The notes beneath the pieces were generated by a model, which saw nothing but the letters and a program-made list of their open reading frames with translations, made no database searches and was not told where the DNA came from. The position numbers and the translations under genes were made by a program. Positions 58,478-64,000 of a DNA stretch of 64,000 bases are shown here, piece by piece; within the stretch, counting starts at the first letter, position 1; each line of letters begins with the position of its first letter. The DNA is taken from the sequence record NC_028999.1; one strand, written 5' to 3'.

Positions 58478-60010
58478 ATGGAACCGATACTCAAAGCTGA
58501 ACGCTACACGCATGGTGTCCGACTATCTGGGTATACGCGGGAAACGTTTCACAAGATGCAGGGATTCCTCGAAGGCCTGATGTTAAAAGAGCCCAAGAAG
58601 ATCCCAGGTAATCGAGTGATCATGGAACTTAAGAAAAAGTACTATGGTTGCTTCGAAGATACATCCGAAACTTATATCCATCGCAATTGCTTGGAAGACC
58701 TGATCGGTTATCTGGCAAACAAAAATGTTCCACGCGATCGGATTGAAGTAGTCGATATCCCCGTGCCGGAGTCAGCGAAAGCTGTCTACGACATGTACGA
58801 GAAATACGTACTGCGGGAATATCAGGAAATCATTAAGGCGGATATTCTTCGACCGCATCTCCATTCAGCTCGTGTAGACCTGCAAACAGGAAAAGGGAAA
58901 ACGCTTACGAGCTTGGCGGCGCTAGCCGACCTGGGGGTTCGGTGCGTTGTGATGGTTCCACCCAAGTACTTCGGTATTTGGATTGAGGCATTACAGAACA
59001 CTTTCAAAGATATGGCACAGCGTTGGATCACCATCTCTGGCTCGGCTGAACTACAAAAGTTGATTGACCGAGGCATTGAAAATGATCTGGATGGTATTGA
59101 TGTCATTATCGTCTCGTCAACGACCTACAGGGCCTACCTAGATAACTTTGAGAAGTACGGTAATGAGTTGCATACCCTAGGGTATAACGCTCCACCACCG
59201 CGCTTCCACGAGGCTATCAAGGCAGGGTTCCAGATCAACGATGAGATTCAAGAAGACCCAGGCTTAGTATTCAGAACCGACATCTATTCGAACATCGCAT
59301 TGCAGGTTTATCTGTCTGCTACCCCCTACACAGGAAATGCGTACGTTACGAAGATGATTGATAAGATGCTCCCGGAAGAGACCATGTGTCGCCTGCCGGA
59401 TCTAGACGTCTACATCAATTGCATCGGTCTACTGTACAACGAAGCCAAGATCAAACCCAAAGACTACCTAACCCCGTTTAAGAACACCTATAACCATGCC
59501 CGTTACGAAACGGTCATGATGAAGGATCCTAAACGGATGGATCAATACTTCAAGATGGTGGCGAGAGTAGCAGAAGGGGTGTTCATCAAAGATCGGTTAC
59601 CCGGTCAGAAAATGCTGTTCCTTTGTGCAACTGTAGCTTTCATTGAGAAGCTGACCAAGTACCTGAAGTCGCGGTTCCCTGATCTCGTGATCAATGGGCA
59701 CGTCTCTGGGTGCGCCTACGAGCAACTCCTGAAGAATGACATTACTGTCTCGACGATTAAGTCGTCGGGTACCGGCGTGGACATTCCTAACCTACGGGAA
59801 GTGGGGCTGCTCCAAGCAACTGACTCGAAGAAGGATAACATCCAGATTCTGGGTCGACTCCGTAAACTCAGGGACTTCCCTGATGTGACCCCTCGGCTGA
59901 CGTTCATGGTGTGTGAGACTATACCGCATCATGTTCGCTATGCAAAATCGAAGCGGGATCATTTCAACGGAAGAACTCTTAGTTTCAAGTTCATGCGTAT
60001 AGCAATGTAA
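58478..60010 (+). CDS. SF2 helicase (phiKZ gp75-like)
   Basis: Walker A QTGKGKT, motif II NDEIQE, III LSATP, V GTGVDIPNL, VI QILGRLR. Confidence 0.9.
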   Translation: MEPILKAERYTHGVRLSGYTRETFHKMQGFLEGLMLKEPKKIPGNRVIMELKKKYYGCFEDTSETYIHRNCLEDLIGYLANKNVPRDRIEVVDIPVPESAKAVYDMYEKYVLREYQEIIKADILRPHLHSARVDLQTGKGKTLTSLAALADLGVRCVVMVPPKYFGIWIEALQNTFKDMAQRWITISGSAELQKLIDRGIENDLDGIDVIIVSSTTYRAYLDNFEKYGNELHTLGYNAPPPRFHEAIKAGFQINDEIQEDPGLVFRTDIYSNIALQVYLSATPYTGNAYVTKMIDKMLPEETMCRLPDLDVYINCIGLLYNEAKIKPKDYLTPFKNTYNHARYETVMMKDPKRMDQYFKMVARVAEGVFIKDRLPGQKMLFLCATVAFIEKLTKYLKSRFPDLVINGHVSGCAYEQLLKNDITVSTIKSSGTGVDIPNLREVGLLQATDSKKDNIQILGRLRKLRDFPDVTPRLTFMVCETIPHHVRYAKSKRDHFNGRTLSFKFMRIAM

Positions 60011-60069
60011 GAAACAAAAGCCCTCCCTTCGGGGAGGGTTTATGTCATCATTAACAAAAGGAAAATGCT

Positions 60070-60321
60070 TTGAACTGGGGATCTCTAGTAGATTTTATGT
60101 TTGCCATTGGTGGACCACTGTTGACGGTAGCTACCTACGCCCGACTGATCCACTACTTCCTACTGAAGACTTATTACAAGAAGAGTAGACTCCATCCATT
60201 CGATAAGCGGGTAGCAGGTTGGTTTAAGCGAATGTCCAATATCGCTTTCGTTCTGTATATCCCAGTGCTCTGCTTTTATATCTTCGGCCTTGGGTTAGTC
60301 GCATTCAAACGTCTGCAATGA
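60070..60321 (+). CDS. Small membrane protein
   Basis: 83 aa, two hydrophobic segments, RBS AAGGA, TTG start. Confidence 0.6.
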   Translation: MNWGSLVDFMFAIGGPLLTVATYARLIHYFLLKTYYKKSRLHPFDKRVAGWFKRMSNIAFVLYIPVLCFYIFGLGLVAFKRLQ

Positions 60322-60360
60322 TGACTTTGAATGCAGCTATATTTAATCCAGTTTAATGCC

Positions 60361-60368
60361 TATATTAC
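60361..60368 (+). promoter_or_regulatory. Early promoter TATATTAC
   Basis: TTTAATGCCTATATTAC upstream of the membrane-protein cluster. Confidence 0.75.
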
Positions 60369-60391
60369 AAGCTTGATATAAGGAAAGCCCA

Positions 60392-60682
60392 ATGTACGTT
60401 TTTGTTCAGGTTATGTCCATCGTTACTTTGATTGGTTTGGTCTCAATGTTCTTTGTTGCACAAAACTTTCAAGTAAAGCATCTGCGTGCTCAAACGACCT
60501 TCCTTAAGATAGCTACGCTCAGTGGCAACATCAAGAAGGAAGATTATGAGATCTACCATAAGTGGAAGAAGCTCCAACGTTCCTATCGTATCTTCCGGAA
60601 GATCTATCAGGTCTTTGCATACGCTTTCCTGCTCTTCGTTTCTAATTACTTCATTCTAGAATCCGTCCTCAAAGGAGGCTGA
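60392..60682 (+). CDS. Small membrane protein
   Basis: 96 aa, N- and C-terminal hydrophobic segments. Confidence 0.7.
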   Translation: MYVFVQVMSIVTLIGLVSMFFVAQNFQVKHLRAQTTFLKIATLSGNIKKEDYEIYHKWKKLQRSYRIFRKIYQVFAYAFLLFVSNYFILESVLKGG

Positions 60683-60683
60683 T

Positions 60684-60869
60684 ATGGGTTGGACAATCCT
60701 CGTCGTTGTCCATATGGCTGTGTTCGTTGTTGGTCTGATCTTCTTGGGTACAGGCCTGTTCGTGGCTCGTGACTGTGGTACACGTGTTAACTGTTTGGTG
60801 CTCGGTGTTGCTCTAGTGAGTAGCTCGGGCTGGTCTGCAATCGAGTTGTTTCACTTACTCCCCCACTAG
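60684..60869 (+). CDS. Small membrane protein
   Basis: 61 aa, two hydrophobic segments, RBS GGAGG. Confidence 0.7.
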   Translation: MGWTILVVVHMAVFVVGLIFLGTGLFVARDCGTRVNCLVLGVALVSSSGWSAIELFHLLPH

Positions 60870-60878
60870 GAAACTCCA

Positions 60879-61139
60879 ATGGAACTATTCCACAATCCGC
60901 TCGCTGTTGTGTACTTCCTGATCTCCCCCATCGGTATTTTCTTGTTCGTACTGATCTTGCTGTGGGGTCTGATCGCCCAACGCTGGATAGTCTATGGCTA
61001 TCCCAAGCATTCGTTCCTGCGCCGTCTGAACTGGTTGGTTTGGCTCGGCATCACACTCCTGTACCTGATGGTGTTCCTGTCGTCTTTGGGATGCGTCTTC
61101 GCTTTCCCGACATCATCGGTGTGCAACGTCTGGGGGTAA
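60879..61139 (+). CDS. Small membrane protein
   Basis: 86 aa, two hydrophobic segments. Confidence 0.7.
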   Translation: MELFHNPLAVVYFLISPIGIFLFVLILLWGLIAQRWIVYGYPKHSFLRRLNWLVWLGITLLYLMVFLSSLGCVFAFPTSSVCNVWG

Positions 61140-61145
61140 CTCCAA

Positions 61146-61382
61146 ATGAACAACTGGGAACTCATTGAAGTTGGTATTAGCCTGATCGCAGCTGCGGTTA
61201 CTTGCCTCATCGTAATGCGCCGTCGTGATCACACCTACCTTAATCAACCGGTTAAGGTAGAGAAGGTAGATGCAGAATCCAAGAGTGCCTGGGTAACACT
61301 TGGCTTCATCTGCATCTTCTTTCTGATCTTCTTGTTTATTTCTGGATACGGTATCATGAAACTAGTACAGATCCAGTCATAA
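61146..61382 (+). CDS. Small membrane protein
   Basis: 78 aa, two hydrophobic segments. Confidence 0.7.
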   Translation: MNNWELIEVGISLIAAAVTCLIVMRRRDHTYLNQPVKVEKVDAESKSAWVTLGFICIFFLIFLFISGYGIMKLVQIQS

Positions 61383-61432
61383 CGACATAAACCCCTCTCC
61401 TTCGGGAGAGGGGCGTTATGCATTTATTTTTT
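61380..61432. repeat. 53-nt exact direct repeat, copy 2
   Basis: Identical to 36333-36385. Confidence 0.9.
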
Positions 61433-61867
61433 TGTCATTCCCTGGATTTCTTTCTCCAGTTCTTTGATCTTACTGTCCCCAATAGTTGATTTATATTCAG
61501 CCAACTTCGTTAGGAACAGAGCACGTGGGTACGGTAGTTCGAAGAACTCGTCTATATTCAATCGGCTAATTTCGCCAATATTTAAATTGACGTATTTACG
61601 CATCCACGTGAATTCTGGCCCACCCTCCCAGATGTCCTCCTTTGGATGAAGTTTAACCAAATCCAAAGGAGTTGCATGTGGAGCGCTATGGTCAAATATA
61701 CCGTAGTCATGGTGGTAGGCTTTTCGAGTAAGCATTTCTGCTACCGTTGGCCTTACCGCATCCAAGTTGTTTATCAGCTCAGTTAACTGGACAACCTTGG
61801 TGGAAGGTTCTAACCCGAAAGTGTGCATGCAGATATGTCCGTTAGGGTCGTTCAAATCTACGTTCAA
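61424..61867 (-). CDS. Conserved hypothetical protein (possible tail/baseplate assembly chaperone)
   Basis: 147 aa; LNIDEFFELPY segment resembles the C-termini of baseplate-hub chaperones. Confidence 0.55.
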   Translation of the reverse strand: MNVDLNDPNGHICMHTFGLEPSTKVVQLTELINNLDAVRPTVAEMLTRKAYHHDYGIFDHSAPHATPLDLVKLHPKEDIWEGGPEFTWMRKYVNLNIGEISRLNIDEFFELPYPRALFLTKLAEYKSTIGDSKIKELEKEIQGMTKK

Positions 61868-61890
61868 ACGACTCTGACGGATATCTTCAC

Positions 61891-63525
61891 TTACAAGTCC
61901 AGGTGCGAAACTTTCTGGCGCGCCAGGGTAAAAAACACACCTACCATGTCGATCGGTACCAGATGCGGGAAACGTTCACTATGGGTTTTACCTTGCTCAC
62001 CTTTACAAGCTGGGCAATCGTAAGATGGCAACGCCACAATGCCGATGACACTAGAATTCACGTATTCGTGAACTGCCTTGAAGAACGAATCAGCAACCTC
62101 AGCGCTGGTGGCCAGGTTGTCTCGCAGATAAGGAACGATTACTTCGGGATCGTCCGTAACGAACTGATCTTCGAAATCTTCATATTCGTCTTCACGTTCA
62201 TAAATGCCATCAACCCAGTGAGCATACTGAAGTGCAGTAGTGGCTTGAGCAAGGTTATCGATGTAGCGTTGACGCTGTTGACCATGGGGCTGTTCGTTGA
62301 ACGCACCTTGGGTCATGTCGATCAGAGCTTGCATCCACTGACCACCGGAAGCACGGCGTTTCTCAATAGTTGGTACAGCCAAACGAAGACCAATATCGCC
62401 AAACCAGAATACTTTCTTCTGAGTAACGGTGAAGTCTTTGCGATAAGCTTCGAACTCTTCGTCAGTACTCGGTTGGAAACGCTTAGCCAGATGTTTGCGT
62501 TGTTCCTGAGTGAACACAAGGTTATCAAACCAAACGATCGATGACATGTTGAGTTTGAAACGTTCAACGTGGCTACACGTATTCGGATTGGCTACACAAG
62601 GCACAGCGTATTGGAAACCATCCGGGTACATAGCCGCTGCCAACCCGTGATGCAGCAGTACTTCATCATAGATCGATAGTACGGCCTCTAAATCGCTCGG
62701 AGAGACGTACTTGTGGTTAGACGATACTACACAGCTCAGTGCTAGGGTAGTGATCGCATCGAGCATGATAGCGCTGGCATTGGAGAATGCCATACCCTTG
62801 GACTCTGCACCCAACCGCAGCTTGACACTGGCCATCTCTGTGAGCAGTGAAACGATCTCAGCCAGAGTCGGTGCACGCAGACGCAGCCAGATACCGGAAT
62901 GCGGTAGGAAGGTATCGTAGAAACCACCGTTACCAGACTTACGTGCCAGATAAGCCAACATCTCTTCTTTGCTGGCGCGGCGATCTTTGTTCAGCTTCTG
63001 CGACGGGCGACCAGAACGAAGTTCCTGACCTTGTTCACCACCTACCGGCAATACACCCTGACGCCATTCCGAACCAGTACGTTCAGTAGCACGAACTGGT
63101 ACATCACCTAGTTGCAGGTTGGCCATACCACCGATAAGAGTTTCCATCCATGTAGCGTCTTTAATGCTAGCTACAGTATTACCGGTAGAAATGCTTTCGA
63201 TCAGTTCGTTATAGTGGTTCAGGATCTTCATCAAGCTGTTCGGGTTCTCACGAATGAAAGCCAGAACCGCCTCGTCAGCACCTTCAACAGCACTCGAATC
63301 TTTACGAGTCTGAATGAAGTTAATCAGTTGTTGATCAAGAGTCAGTGGTGGGCGCGTATCAACGATTGGACCTTCAGGTATCGTATCATCGACATTAGCT
63401 GGTTCGTCAGGAAGGGTCGGGCCAACCGGTCCGTTCTCCGGCTCAGTACCCGGAGGAACTTGGTCAGCATCCCACTGACCCTCAGCAGGGTAATGATCAT
63501 CTTGATCGAAATCTACTTCACTCAT
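61891..63525 (-). CDS. Conserved protein, possible baseplate-hub assembly protein (T4 gp26-like) with Cys pairs
   Basis: 544 aa; acidic N-terminus, LRAPTL, PCVANPNTCSH, CPACKG. Confidence 0.55.
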   Translation of the reverse strand: MSEVDFDQDDHYPAEGQWDADQVPPGTEPENGPVGPTLPDEPANVDDTIPEGPIVDTRPPLTLDQQLINFIQTRKDSSAVEGADEAVLAFIRENPNSLMKILNHYNELIESISTGNTVASIKDATWMETLIGGMANLQLGDVPVRATERTGSEWRQGVLPVGGEQGQELRSGRPSQKLNKDRRASKEEMLAYLARKSGNGGFYDTFLPHSGIWLRLRAPTLAEIVSLLTEMASVKLRLGAESKGMAFSNASAIMLDAITTLALSCVVSSNHKYVSPSDLEAVLSIYDEVLLHHGLAAAMYPDGFQYAVPCVANPNTCSHVERFKLNMSSIVWFDNLVFTQEQRKHLAKRFQPSTDEEFEAYRKDFTVTQKKVFWFGDIGLRLAVPTIEKRRASGGQWMQALIDMTQGAFNEQPHGQQRQRYIDNLAQATTALQYAHWVDGIYEREDEYEDFEDQFVTDDPEVIVPYLRDNLATSAEVADSFFKAVHEYVNSSVIGIVALPSYDCPACKGEQGKTHSERFPHLVPIDMVGVFFTLARQKVSHLDL

Positions 63526-64000
63526 TACTTGGTTTCCTCAGTAACCGGATCAGCGAAACTCCAGTTAAGGGTATCGATACCGGCGTCTTGCATGGTTTGA
63601 ATCATACCCAGGAGCAACGGTTGAATGCCCGTCTCCATAGCGGTTTGTAGTTTGGAATAGCCCAGGGACAGAGTAGAGATCAGAGCGATATCATCCAGGG
63701 ACGGCTCGCCTGATTTGTCTTTATGCTGAGTAGCCAGCAGACCCAACGCAGTAATCAGGTTATCCAGATCGACTTGCACGGATTTGAGTTGTGCATCAAA
63801 GCTGGTCGGATCAGGCAGGCGTGCCAGGATGTCATTCAGGTTAGCTAGCACCGGAACCATTACCGGTTGCGTTGCACCAATGAGCCCGGCAACAGACAGA
63901 TACAGTTGACGCAGAATGGCCCAACCATCCGCTTTGAGTAGTTCTTGTGCGACTTCCGCGGATTGTTCCACGGCTTGGTCGAGTTGTTCTTTGGCACAGG
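63525..64000 (-). CDS. Hypothetical protein, 5' end probably outside the window
   Basis: Frame is open to the window edge; its stop overlaps the next start. Confidence 0.6.
   Translation of the reverse strand, partial: CAKEQLDQAVEQSAEVAQELLKADGWAILRQLYLSVAGLIGATQPVMVPVLANLNDILARLPDPTSFDAQLKSVQVDLDNLITALGLLATQHKDKSGEPSLDDIALISTLSLGYSKLQTAMETGIQPLLLGMIQTMQDAGIDTLNWSFADPVTEETK

Noticed and set aside
1-64000. tRNA, rRNA, integrase or transposase genes
   Set aside because: No cloverleaf with T-arm and CCA, and no recombinase or transposase motifs seen by inspection. tRNAscan-SE would be needed to exclude tRNAs formally.

Overview
A 64-kb segment of a phiKZ-like, nucleus-forming jumbo phage (Chimalliviridae) of Pseudomonas. 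Gene order and the PhuZ and chimallin sequences match what I recall for phage phiPA3: counting ORFs from base 1 gives gp2=ChmB, gp11=sheath, gp28=PhuZ, gp53=chimallin, gp61=ChmC, gp63=PicA. This identification is from memory and needs BLAST confirmation. The window holds DHFR, the large terminase, baseplate/tail sheath/tube genes, early hypothetical-gene cassettes, tubulin PhuZ, a divergent family-B DNA polymerase and the phage-nucleus core block (chimallin, non-virion RNAP subunits, SbcD-like nuclease, ChmC, PicA, SF2 helicase). It ends with a cluster of small membrane proteins and a minus-strand late cluster. The most notable non-coding signals are: (1) an ORF-free, extensively base-paired region of about 450 nt directly after the chimallin stop codon (41455-41945), a candidate large ncRNA that I cannot assign to a known family; (2) a second structured region upstream of the chimallin promoter (39280-39470); (3) a 450-nt group I (IA2-like) intron without a homing endonuclease splitting the nvRNAP beta gene; (4) an AT-rich island of clustered palindromes at 20006-20300; (5) a dispersed family of UUCG hairpins flanked by CATA...TATG, plus TATATTAC/TATATCA early-type promoters. 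No tRNA, rRNA or CRISPR array was seen.
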